Source of the DNA: Myxococcota bacterium
GTDB lineage: Bacteria > Myxococcota_A > UBA9042 > PHBI01 > JAWLBL01
DNA: 59,386 nt
Assembly (NCBI GenBank): GCA_041687695.1
Contig: JAWLBL010000039.1
Coordinates: 1 to 59,386, forward strand
Direction: 5' to 3'
In this document: positions 19,621 to 28,127 of the stretch, piece after piece
Layout of the letters: each line of letters begins with the position of its first letter
Numbering within the stretch: position 1 is the first letter of the stretch
The notes under the pieces: generated by a model
What the model was told of the DNA's origin: nothing
The model's database searches: none
Seen by the model: only the letters and a program-made list of their open reading frames with translations
Translations under genes and position numbers: made by a program

Positions 19621-20790
19621 ATGCGCGAGCTGTTGGGCGACATCGAGCGGCAGACGGAGGCGGTGGGGCCGGCGGGGCCGGCGGGTGCGCCCACGGCTGT
19701 GGATGGGGCTTTGAAGGAGGCCGTCGATGCCGCGCGGCCGTCCGCGTGGGGGCTGCTGCCGCGGGACCTGGCGCGGCTGGGGTGCCCGGGGTCGGCGGAC
19801 AACGCCTTCGGGCGGCTGCAGCGACCGTGGGCCTGGGAGCGCGAGACGCCGAAGCTGGGGCCGGCGGTGCGGGCGTTCCTGCGCGAAGCGACGGCGCTGG
19901 GGTTGCCGCGGCTGGTCGAGCAGGCGCCGTCCAGCGACGGCACGACCCGGGTAGTGCTGGCGGTGCGGGACGGCCGGCGGGTCGAGGCCGTGCACATGCC
20001 GCGCGACGTGGGGCGGGCGCCGCGGGTGACCTTGTGCCTGTCGAGCCAGGTGGGCTGCGCGATGGGGTGCACGTTCTGCGCGACGGCCAGCATGGGGCTC
20101 GTGCGGCAGCTCGAGGCGGGTGAGATCGTCGGGCAGGTGCTGGCGCTGATGCGGGCGCTGGGGCCCGCGCGGGCGAGCCAGCTGAACCTGGTCTTCATGG
20201 GGATGGGCGAGCCGCTGCACAACCCGGACGCGCTGGAGCAGGCGCTGCGGGTGCTGTGTCACCCGCTGGGGCTGGGTCTGTCGCCGCGGCGCATCACGGT
20301 CTCGACCTCGGGCCTGGTCCCGGGCATCGAGCGCCTGGGCCGCCTCGAGGTGCGCCCGCGCCTGGCGCTGAGCCTGAACGCGACCACCGACGCCCGCCGC
20401 TCGGCGCTGATGCCGGTCAACCGCAAGTGGGACCTGGCGGCGCTCAAGCAGGCCCTGCTGGCCTGGCCGGCCGACCCGCGCGAGCGCATCCTCATCGAGT
20501 ACGTGCTGCTCGAGGGCGAAAACGACCACCCCGAGGACGCCGACCGCCTCATCGCCTGGCTCGACGGGCTGCCCCACCACCTCAACGTCATCCCGTTCAA
20601 CCCCCACCCCCACGCCGGGTTCCGCCCCAGCGCCGAGGCGCGCCAGCAGGCCTTCGTCCAGCGGCTGCTCGCGGCCGGTCGCATGGTCACGACCCGCCAG
20701 ACCCGCGGCCGCGACGTGCGCGGCGCCTGCGGGCAGCTGGTGCAGGCCGCCGAACGCCGCCGTCCGGCCGCCCAGCCCGCCCAGCGGTAG
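19621..20790 (+). CDS. rlmN: RlmN-family radical SAM RNA methyltransferase
   Basis: LCLSSQVGCAMGCTFCAT, FMGMGEPLHN, RITVSTSG, SLNA, EYVLL, GACGQL. Confidence 0.85.
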   Translation: MRELLGDIERQTEAVGPAGPAGAPTAVDGALKEAVDAARPSAWGLLPRDLARLGCPGSADNAFGRLQRPWAWERETPKLGPAVRAFLREATALGLPRLVEQAPSSDGTTRVVLAVRDGRRVEAVHMPRDVGRAPRVTLCLSSQVGCAMGCTFCATASMGLVRQLEAGEIVGQVLALMRALGPARASQLNLVFMGMGEPLHNPDALEQALRVLCHPLGLGLSPRRITVSTSGLVPGIERLGRLEVRPRLALSLNATTDARRSALMPVNRKWDLAALKQALLAWPADPRERILIEYVLLEGENDHPEDADRLIAWLDGLPHHLNVIPFNPHPHAGFRPSAEARQQAFVQRLLAAGRMVTTRQTRGRDVRGACGQLVQAAERRRPAAQPAQR

Positions 20791-20799
20791 GCCGCACCG

Positions 20800-22428
20800 A
20801 TGCCCGCCTTCGAGAGCGTCTTCGAGCAGATCGCGGCCATCCTGGCCCTGGCCGCGCTGTTCGGCGGCGTCTCGCTCGTCCTGCGCCAGCCGCCCATCGT
20901 CAGCTTCATCGCCCTCGGCGTCGTGCTGGGGCCGTCCGTCCTCGGCTGGACCGCCGCCGACGACGAGGTCCACCTGCTCGCCCAGGTCGGCGTCTCGGTG
21001 CTGCTGTTCCTGGTCGGCCTCGACCTCGATCTCGCGCTGGTCAAGCGCACCGGCCCCGTCGCGGTCGCCACGGGGCTCGGGCAGGTCGTCTTCACCTCGG
21101 CCTTCGGTTACCTGCTCGCCCTCGCCTTCGGCCTGACCCCCATCCCGGCGCTGTACGTCGCCGTCGCCCTGACGTTCTCCAGCACGATCATCATCGTCAA
21201 GCTGCTCAGCGACAAGCGCGAGCTCGAGGCCCTGCACGGCCGCATCGCCGTCGGCTTCCTCATCGTCCAGGATCTGCTGGTCATCCTGGTCATGGTCGCC
21301 CTGACCGCCCTCGCCAACCCCTCCGGCGGCCCCGACCTCGCCGCCTTCGCCCTCGGCAGCCTCGCCTTCCTGCTGGGCGTCCTCGTCAGCGCCCGCTGGC
21401 TGCTCCCCCCGCTGGTCCGCGCCCTGTCGCGCTCCTCCGAGCTGCTCGTCTTCCTGGCCCTCGCCTGGGCGGTCCTGCTCTCCGTCGTCGCCGAGCGCAT
21501 CGGCCTCAGCCGCGAAATAGGCGCCTTCCTCGGCGGCGTCTCCCTGGCCAGCTCGCCCTTCCGCGACGCCATCGGCGCCCGCCTGGTCGGCATCCGCGAC
21601 TTCCTGCTGCTCTTCTTCTTCATCGACCTCGGCGCCCTCATCGATCTGTCGGCCCTGGGCCCCGACCTCGGCGCCGCCCTGACCCTGTCCGCCTTCGTCC
21701 TCATCGGCAACCCCCTCATCGTCATCCTCATCATGGGCGCGATGGGCTACCGCAGCCGCGTCTCCTTCCTGGCGGGGCTGACGGTCGCCCAGATCAGCGA
21801 GTTCTCCCTCATCCTCGTCACCCTCGGCGCCCAGCTCGGCCACGTCGACCGCGACGTCGTCGGCCTCGTCACCGCGGTCGGCCTGGTCACCATCGCGCTG
21901 TCGAGCTACCTCATCCTGTACTCCCACCCGCTGTACGAGCGCCTCGCCCCCTTGCTGCGCGTCTTCGAGCGCGCGCCCACCTCGCGCTCGCCTCGCGAGC
22001 CCGCCACCGGCCCCAAGCCCGAGGTCCTGGTCTTCGGCCTCGGCCGCTACGGCGGCCGCATCGCCGACGGCCTCGCTCGCCTCGGCCGCACCGTCGTCGG
22101 CTTCGACCACGACCCCGCCGCGGTCGATCGCGCCCAGGCCCGCGGCCTGAGCGCCCGCTACGCCGACGTCGCCGACCCCCACCTCATGGAGCACCTGCCC
22201 CTGGCCGAGGCGCGCGTCGTCGTGTGCGCGCTGCCCGAGCCGCTGGCCGCGCGCCGCCTGGTCACGGAGCTGCGCCGCCAGGGCTTCCGCGGGCTGGTCG
22301 TCGCCCGCGTCGACGCCACGGGCGCATGCGAGCAGCTCCAGGCGGCCGGTGTCGATCGCTTCCTCGAGCCCTTCGAGGCCGCCGCCGACGTCGCCATCGC
22401 CGAGCTGGCGGAGCTGTCGGCCGCCTGA
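20800..22428 (+). CDS. CPA2 cation:proton antiporter with C-terminal TrkA-N/RCK domain
   Basis: Many TM helices; FSSTIIIVKLL, LIVQD, QISEFSLIL, FGLGRYG. Confidence 0.9.
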   Translation: MPAFESVFEQIAAILALAALFGGVSLVLRQPPIVSFIALGVVLGPSVLGWTAADDEVHLLAQVGVSVLLFLVGLDLDLALVKRTGPVAVATGLGQVVFTSAFGYLLALAFGLTPIPALYVAVALTFSSTIIIVKLLSDKRELEALHGRIAVGFLIVQDLLVILVMVALTALANPSGGPDLAAFALGSLAFLLGVLVSARWLLPPLVRALSRSSELLVFLALAWAVLLSVVAERIGLSREIGAFLGGVSLASSPFRDAIGARLVGIRDFLLLFFFIDLGALIDLSALGPDLGAALTLSAFVLIGNPLIVILIMGAMGYRSRVSFLAGLTVAQISEFSLILVTLGAQLGHVDRDVVGLVTAVGLVTIALSSYLILYSHPLYERLAPLLRVFERAPTSRSPREPATGPKPEVLVFGLGRYGGRIADGLARLGRTVVGFDHDPAAVDRAQARGLSARYADVADPHLMEHLPLAEARVVVCALPEPLAARRLVTELRRQGFRGLVVARVDATGACEQLQAAGVDRFLEPFEAAADVAIAELAELSAA

Positions 22429-22502
22429 GCCGAGCCGCGGCCGCGGGCTGGCGCGGGCGTGCCTCGGGACTACGGTCCCGGGGGAACGGCACGGGAGGCG
22501 GC

Positions 22503-23405
22503 ATGGACGCGGACGTGGCGATCGTCGGCGGCGGGCCGGCGGGGCTCAGCGCGGCGCTGGTGCTGGCGAGGGCGCGGCGGCGGGTCGTGGTGTTCGACGA
22601 CGGGCGGCCGCGCAACGCGCGGGCGAGGGCGGTGCACGGGCTGCTCGGGCGCGAGGGGATGGCGCCGGCCGAGCTGCTGCGCCTGAGCCGCGAGCAGGTC
22701 GAGGCCTTCCCGACGGCGCGCATCGAGCGGTCGCGCATCGTCGACGCGGCGCGGGAGGAGACGGGCTTCCGGTTGGTCGACGACCATGGCCGCGAGCACC
22801 GGGCGCGGCGGCTGGTGTTGGCGACCGGCGTGCGGGACCTGCTGCCGCCCATCGAGGGGCTCGAGCCCCTGTACGGGACCAGCGTGTTCCACTGCCCGTA
22901 CTGCGACGGCTGGGAGGCGCGCGACCGGCCCATCGCGGTGTGGGGCTGGAGCGACGCGTGCGGCGGCGAGCTTGCGCTCGAGCTGACGCAGTGGAGCCGC
23001 GACGTCGTCTTGCTGACCGGCGGGTCGCCCGCGTTCAGCCCCGAGCTGCGGGCGCGGCTGGGACGGCACGGCGTGGGCGTGCGCGGCGAACGCATCGCGC
23101 GCGTCGAGGGGCACCGGGGCCAGCTGGCGCGGGTCGTGTTCTCCGAGGGGCCGCCGCTGGCGCGCGAGGTGCTGTTCTTCTACACGCGCCGCCAGCAGGC
23201 GAGCGATCTGGCCGATCGCCTGGGCTGCGAGGCGTGCGCGCAGGACGGCTGCCGGGTCGAGCCCAGCGGGCGCACCAACGTCGCCGGGTGCTACATCGTC
23301 GGCGACGCCAGCAAGGACGTGCTGCAGGTGTCGGTGGCCATCGCCGACGGGGTCAAGGCGGCCGTCGCCATCAACCGCGAGCTGCTGGACGAGGACCTCC
23401 GCTGA
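22503..23405 (+). CDS. TrxB-like NAD(P)/FAD-dependent oxidoreductase
   Basis: DVAIVGGGPAGLSAAL, LVLATG, FHCPYCDGWE, TNVAGCYIVGDA. Confidence 0.9.
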   Translation: MDADVAIVGGGPAGLSAALVLARARRRVVVFDDGRPRNARARAVHGLLGREGMAPAELLRLSREQVEAFPTARIERSRIVDAAREETGFRLVDDHGREHRARRLVLATGVRDLLPPIEGLEPLYGTSVFHCPYCDGWEARDRPIAVWGWSDACGGELALELTQWSRDVVLLTGGSPAFSPELRARLGRHGVGVRGERIARVEGHRGQLARVVFSEGPPLAREVLFFYTRRQQASDLADRLGCEACAQDGCRVEPSGRTNVAGCYIVGDASKDVLQVSVAIADGVKAAVAINRELLDEDLR

Positions 23406-23476
23406 GCGCGCAGCGGTCGGCCAGGGCCGGCGGATCGCCGCAGACGTCAGAGCGATCGAGTTCTAGTTCGGGCCAC

Positions 23477-23603
23477 CGGACTGCACGAGCTCGCTCGTGC
23501 TCCGGCATGGCGCAGCTCGCTGCGCCCGCGAGGCGACAGTCCCATGCCTCCCCGCGCAGCCAACTGCGCGGGCCCTCGAGCCCGAGCGAGCCCGGGCAGT
23601 CCG
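23477..23603. repeat. Inverted doublet of CGGACT double-hairpin REP-like elements
   Basis: Plus copy 23477-23526 and minus copy 23551-23603; homologous to the 6282-6423 units but in the opposite relative arrangement. Confidence 0.8.
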
Positions 23604-23745
23604 ACACGCCCGTAGCCAGAACGCGATGACCCTGGCCGCAAGCGTCGGCAGGCTGACGCCGCGGTGCCGGATCTGGTATGGGTGCCGCCCCCCCTGGCGC
23701 GAGGGCGCCGGGCATGGAACGCGACGACCACGGTTAGCGGGAAAC

Positions 23746-24327
23746 GTGAGCCTGCCGAGCGCCATCGACCGACGAAGCCATCCGCCCCTGGCGGCCGACG
23801 ACCGGCCGGCGCCGCTCGGCCGCGCCGAGGTGCTGGTGGTGCTGTGGGCCACGCTGGGGGTGCTGATCATCGTCGGGCGGGCGCTCGCCTCGGTCACGCC
23901 CTGGGCCGTCGAGGCGCTCCAGAGCGATCTCAGCCCGCTTCAGTGGGTCGTGCTGGTCGGCTGGACCGGCGTGATGGGCGTGCTGGAGGGCTATCGAGGC
24001 TTCCAGCTGCGCTTTTCGCCGCGGGTCGTGCAGCGCGCGCTGCACCTGGCGCAGCACCGGCGGCCGCTGCACGTGCTGCTGGCGCCCCTGTTCGCGATGG
24101 GGCTGTTCCACGCCTCGCGCAAGCGCCTGGCCACCTCGTGGGGCATGATCGGCGGCATCGCGCTGCTGGTGCTGGGGGTGCGCTACCTGCCGCAGCCGTG
24201 GCGCGGCATCGTCGACCTGGGCGTGGTGGTCGGGCTGACCTGGGGGCTGGCCAGCCTCCTGTGGCTGGTCGCGCGGGCGCTGCGCGGGCGGGCCCCGGGC
24301 GTCGACCCCGAGCTGCCCGCCCGCTGA
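23746..24327 (+). CDS. Hypothetical membrane protein
   Basis: About 4-5 TM segments; EGYRGFQLRFSPRVV, LAPLFAMG, LPQPWRGIVD; start uncertain. Confidence 0.7.
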   Translation: MSLPSAIDRRSHPPLAADDRPAPLGRAEVLVVLWATLGVLIIVGRALASVTPWAVEALQSDLSPLQWVVLVGWTGVMGVLEGYRGFQLRFSPRVVQRALHLAQHRRPLHVLLAPLFAMGLFHASRKRLATSWGMIGGIALLVLGVRYLPQPWRGIVDLGVVVGLTWGLASLLWLVARALRGRAPGVDPELPAR

Positions 24328-24334
24328 GCCGGAC

Positions 24335-26008
24335 TCAGGGGGCCGCGCAGGCGGCGAGCGCTTCGTCGCAGGCGCCGGTCGCCAGGATGGGGCTGACGCA
24401 GGCGCGCAGGGCCGCGTAGTCGTCGGGGCACTCGGCGCGCATGCACGTGTCCAGGTCTCCGCCCAACACCGCGCAGGGGGTGACGCACTCGCGGATGGGC
24501 AGCAGCTGGAGGGCGCAGGCCGGCACGGCGCACTTGCCGAAGGCCTGGGCCGAGCAGATGCCGCAGCCGGGGCGGTCGCCGACGCACGACAGCAGGCACG
24601 CCGTGGGGTCGGCGTCGGGCTCGCACTGGGCGCGGCAGGCGTCGCGCGCCTCCGTGCAGGCGTAGGGCGTCAGGGGCTCGTAGGGCCGCTCGATGGTGAC
24701 GTAGCCCAGGCACATCTCGTCGCGCGTCCCCTCGCCCCAGGCGACGTCGGCCGGCGCGACCTGCTCGCCGTTGACGGTGGGCTGGTTCTCGGACGAGTTG
24801 TCCCAGCGGCACCGCAGGCGCAGGCCGTCGCCCGGCGCGACGTCGGTGAAGTCGTCGCCCGCGAAGCGCAGGCCGCCCTGCCAGTTGAAGTCCCACCTGG
24901 GGATGTCCATCAGGCACACGTCGTCGCCGCCGCCGGCGGGCTCGAGGTCGATGGAGATGGCCTCGCCGAGCAGGTGCATGTGGCCCATGGCGCCGATGAC
25001 GCGCATGGGGGCCGAGCGGTAGCTGGTGAAGAGGCGCTCGTAGCGGGCGTCGGGGTCGCCGGCGGCGATGGTGAGGTCCTTGCCGGGCAGGGGCAGGGTC
25101 TCGACCAGGCGCTCGGGGGGCGTGGTGGTCGCGGTCATGGCGAAGGCGGTGAGGTCGGGCTCGGGGTCGGCGGTCAGGGTGTTGTAGTGGACCTGCATGA
25201 CCAGGCGGGAGCCCTTGGGGATGGCGATGGCGGCGCCGTCGCGCTGGACGACCGGGTCCATGCCCGGGACCCAGGTGCCGAGGGGGCTGAAGGTGCCGGC
25301 GCCGGTGTCGCCGAAGCACGGGTAGCCAGGCTCGGCGGACTGGGCGTCGAGGGCCTCGAGGGTGGGCAGCGAGTCGGGCGTGACCAGGTAGATCAGGACG
25401 TGGTGGACCAGAGGGCCGGCGCCGGGGACCACCCAGCTGGCGGTGACGAAGGTGTCCTCGTCGAAGGTCGCGTCGAGCAGCAGGCAGCGGTAGTCGTCGG
25501 GGGCGGTGTCGTCGGGGACGTAGGCCTCGGCCGGCGTGGCGACCAGGGTGGGGGTGGGGGTGACGATCGGGGCGGCGGAGGGCGGCGGGGCGTCGGCCGG
25601 GTCGCCTTCGGGGGTGCCGGCGTCCAGCCAGGCGCGCAGGGCGGCCTCGTCGGCCTCGGGGACGATGCGCTCGCCCTCGTAGCTGCGGCAGTCGGGGTCG
25701 GCCTGCCAGGGCGGCATGCGGCCGGCTTCGACCGCGGCGACCGAGGGGCCGGCCATGAGCTTGGCCGTGGCGTAGGCGTCGAGCGCGAAGGGCGCCGCGC
25801 CGCCGGCCTGGTGGCAGGGGACGCAGTGCCGGGCCAGCAGCGGCTGGATGTCGCGGTGCCAGGTCGGCGCGTCCGTCTTGGCCGCGTCGTCCGAGGCGTC
25901 GGCGGCGTCTTGCGCTGCGTCATGGGTCGTGCCGGGCGCCTGGTCGGCGTCGCAGGCGGGCGTGAGCAGGCCGAGGGCGGCCAGGAGCGCGAGGGGGGTG
26001 GTTCTCAT
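24335..26008 (-). CDS. Lipoprotein with a c-type heme domain, a PHM/DBH-like copper monooxygenase domain and a Cys-rich tail
   Basis: Lipobox TPAC; CVPCH..MPPW; HHVL, MQVHYN, GHMHLLG, WDFNWQ, GEGTRDEMC. Confidence 0.8.
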   Translation of the reverse strand: MRTTPLALLAALGLLTPACDADQAPGTTHDAAQDAADASDDAAKTDAPTWHRDIQPLLARHCVPCHQAGGAAPFALDAYATAKLMAGPSVAAVEAGRMPPWQADPDCRSYEGERIVPEADEAALRAWLDAGTPEGDPADAPPPSAAPIVTPTPTLVATPAEAYVPDDTAPDDYRCLLLDATFDEDTFVTASWVVPGAGPLVHHVLIYLVTPDSLPTLEALDAQSAEPGYPCFGDTGAGTFSPLGTWVPGMDPVVQRDGAAIAIPKGSRLVMQVHYNTLTADPEPDLTAFAMTATTTPPERLVETLPLPGKDLTIAAGDPDARYERLFTSYRSAPMRVIGAMGHMHLLGEAISIDLEPAGGGDDVCLMDIPRWDFNWQGGLRFAGDDFTDVAPGDGLRLRCRWDNSSENQPTVNGEQVAPADVAWGEGTRDEMCLGYVTIERPYEPLTPYACTEARDACRAQCEPDADPTACLLSCVGDRPGCGICSAQAFGKCAVPACALQLLPIRECVTPCAVLGGDLDTCMRAECPDDYAALRACVSPILATGACDEALAACAAP

Positions 26009-26123
26009 GGGGGCGAAAGCTACCACCCGGGGCGGAGTTCGCAACTGCCGTAGCGCGGGGCTTGCGCCGGGTGCGTCGGCGCGCCAAGCTGCCGGCCCCC
26101 TCGTTTGCTGCTGGAGGAGATCG

Positions 26124-27977
26124 ATGGCCCTCGACGTCACCACGCTCTCGGAGTTGCTGCCGGCGCGCGCGCGCACGAGCCCGGGCAAGGTCGGCCTCCG
26201 CCGCAGGGAGGGCGATCGCTGGGTGGACCGCACCTGGGGCCAGCTGTGGGAGCGCGCCGACCGCATCGCCGCCGGGCTGCTGACGGCGACCGAGCTGCGC
26301 GACGGCGACGTGGTCGGGCTGCTCGGGCAGACCAGCGAGGACTGGATCGTCAGCGACTTCGGGGCGCTGTCGGTGGGCCTGCAGACCGTGCCCATCTACG
26401 CCTCGGTGACCCCCGAGGAGGTCGGCTACGCCCACGTCGACACGGGCATCGCCGTGGTGATCGTCGACGACGCGGCGCAGCTCGCCAAGATCCGCGAGAT
26501 GCGCGGCGGCTTCCGCTTCTTCGAGGTGGACTACACCCCGGAGCAGCTGCGCCTCGCCCACGTGGTCGTCATCAACCCCGCCGGCCTCGAGCCTGCCGAC
26601 GACTGGGAGAGCCTCGCCGACCTCGAGGCCCGCGGCGCCGCCCGCCTCGCCGACACCGCCGCCGACCGCGAGCGCCGCCGCGCCGCCGCCCGTCCCGACC
26701 AGACGGCCACCTACACCTACACCTCGGGCACCACCGGCCCGCCCAAGGCCGTCATCCAGACCCACGACAACCACCTGTCGATGGTCCGCTCGGTCGAAAA
26801 GGCCCACGTCATCGACCCGCGCACCATGAGCGACGGCGGCCTGTTCCTCTTCCTGCCCCTCGCCCACTCCTTCGGCCGCCTGATGCAGTTCGCCGGGCCC
26901 TGGTTCGACCTCCCGCTGGTCGTCAGCGGCGTCCCCACCCTGGCCGACGACCTCAAGGCCACCCGCCCCTCCTTCTTCCCGGGCGCCCCGCGCGTGTTCG
27001 AGAAGATGAAGTCCAAGGTGCAGCAGACCCTGGCCGCCGCCCCGCCGCTGCGCCAACGCCTGGTCCAGGCCGCGCTCTCGGCCGGCTACGCGACCATCCC
27101 CTACCGCAGCACGGGCCGCCCGCTGCCCCTGCCGCTGAAGATCGGCTACCGCCTCGCCGACAAGGTCATCCTCGGCAAGCTGCGCGCCGCCCTCGGCTTC
27201 GACCGCGCCCGCGTCCTGCTGTCCGGCTCGGCGCCCCTCGACCCCGAGGTCCACCGCTTCTTCCTGGCCTGCGGCCTCGAGCTCATCGAGGCCTACGGCC
27301 TGACCGAGACCTGCCCCGGCCTCAGCGCCAACCTGCCCGGCGACTTCCGCGTCGGCACCGTCGGCCGGCCCCTGCCGGGCGTCGAGATCCGCATCGCCCC
27401 CGACGGCGAGATCCTCGCCCGCGGCCCCAACATCACCAAGGGCTACCTCAACCGCCCCGACGCCAACGCCGACGCCTTCGAGGACGGCTGGTTCAAGACC
27501 GGCGACCTCGGCGCCCTCGACCCTGACGGCTTCCTGAAGATCACCGGCCGCAAAAAGGAGCTCATCAAGACCTCCGGCGGCAAGTACGTCGCGCCCGCCC
27601 GCCTCGAGGGCCGCCTCAAGAACCACCCCATCATTCAGGAGGCCGTCGTCATTGGCGACCGGCGCCACTACGTCGTCGCGCTCGTCGCCCTCGACCCCGA
27701 GGAGCTCGAGACCTGGGCCCGCGCCAAGGGCGCCTCTCCCGACCCGCGGGACGCCCGCGTCCAGGGCGAGGTCGAGGCCCACGTCCGCGCGGTCAACCAG
27801 GACCTCGCCCGCTTCGAGACCGTCAAGTACTTCCGGCTGCTCCCCGAGCCCCTCAGCATCGCCAACGGCCTGCTCACGGCCTCGCTCAAGGTCAAGCGCA
27901 ACGTCGTCGAGGACCGCTATGCCCACCTCATCGACGAGATGTACCAGGCCGGCGGCGGCCCCAGCAACGGCGACTGA
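26124..27977 (+). CDS. Long-chain fatty acid--CoA ligase (AMP-binding)
   Basis: YTSGTTGPPK, FLPLAHSF, EAYGLTET, GWFKTGDLG, GRKKELIKTSGGKYVAP, LTASLKVKR. Confidence 0.92.
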   Translation: MALDVTTLSELLPARARTSPGKVGLRRREGDRWVDRTWGQLWERADRIAAGLLTATELRDGDVVGLLGQTSEDWIVSDFGALSVGLQTVPIYASVTPEEVGYAHVDTGIAVVIVDDAAQLAKIREMRGGFRFFEVDYTPEQLRLAHVVVINPAGLEPADDWESLADLEARGAARLADTAADRERRRAAARPDQTATYTYTSGTTGPPKAVIQTHDNHLSMVRSVEKAHVIDPRTMSDGGLFLFLPLAHSFGRLMQFAGPWFDLPLVVSGVPTLADDLKATRPSFFPGAPRVFEKMKSKVQQTLAAAPPLRQRLVQAALSAGYATIPYRSTGRPLPLPLKIGYRLADKVILGKLRAALGFDRARVLLSGSAPLDPEVHRFFLACGLELIEAYGLTETCPGLSANLPGDFRVGTVGRPLPGVEIRIAPDGEILARGPNITKGYLNRPDANADAFEDGWFKTGDLGALDPDGFLKITGRKKELIKTSGGKYVAPARLEGRLKNHPIIQEAVVIGDRRHYVVALVALDPEELETWARAKGASPDPRDARVQGEVEAHVRAVNQDLARFETVKYFRLLPEPLSIANGLLTASLKVKRNVVEDRYAHLIDEMYQAGGGPSNGD

Positions 27978-28127
27978 GCCCGCCGGCATCGCGCAGCCAC
28001 CTGAAATCGTTGGGCTTACCGGCGTTGCCGCCGCGCCGCGCCCTCTGCTAGCATCCGCCCCCATGAGCGCGCGCCCCGACCGCAGCCGGCCGCAGCCACG
28101 GGCCTCCGACGCCTCCCGGAGCCCCGC

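Noticed and set aside
19621..20790. Cfr-type resistance methyltransferase
   Set aside because: The MGMGEP motif and overall pattern are RlmN-like rather than Cfr-like (MGMGEA).
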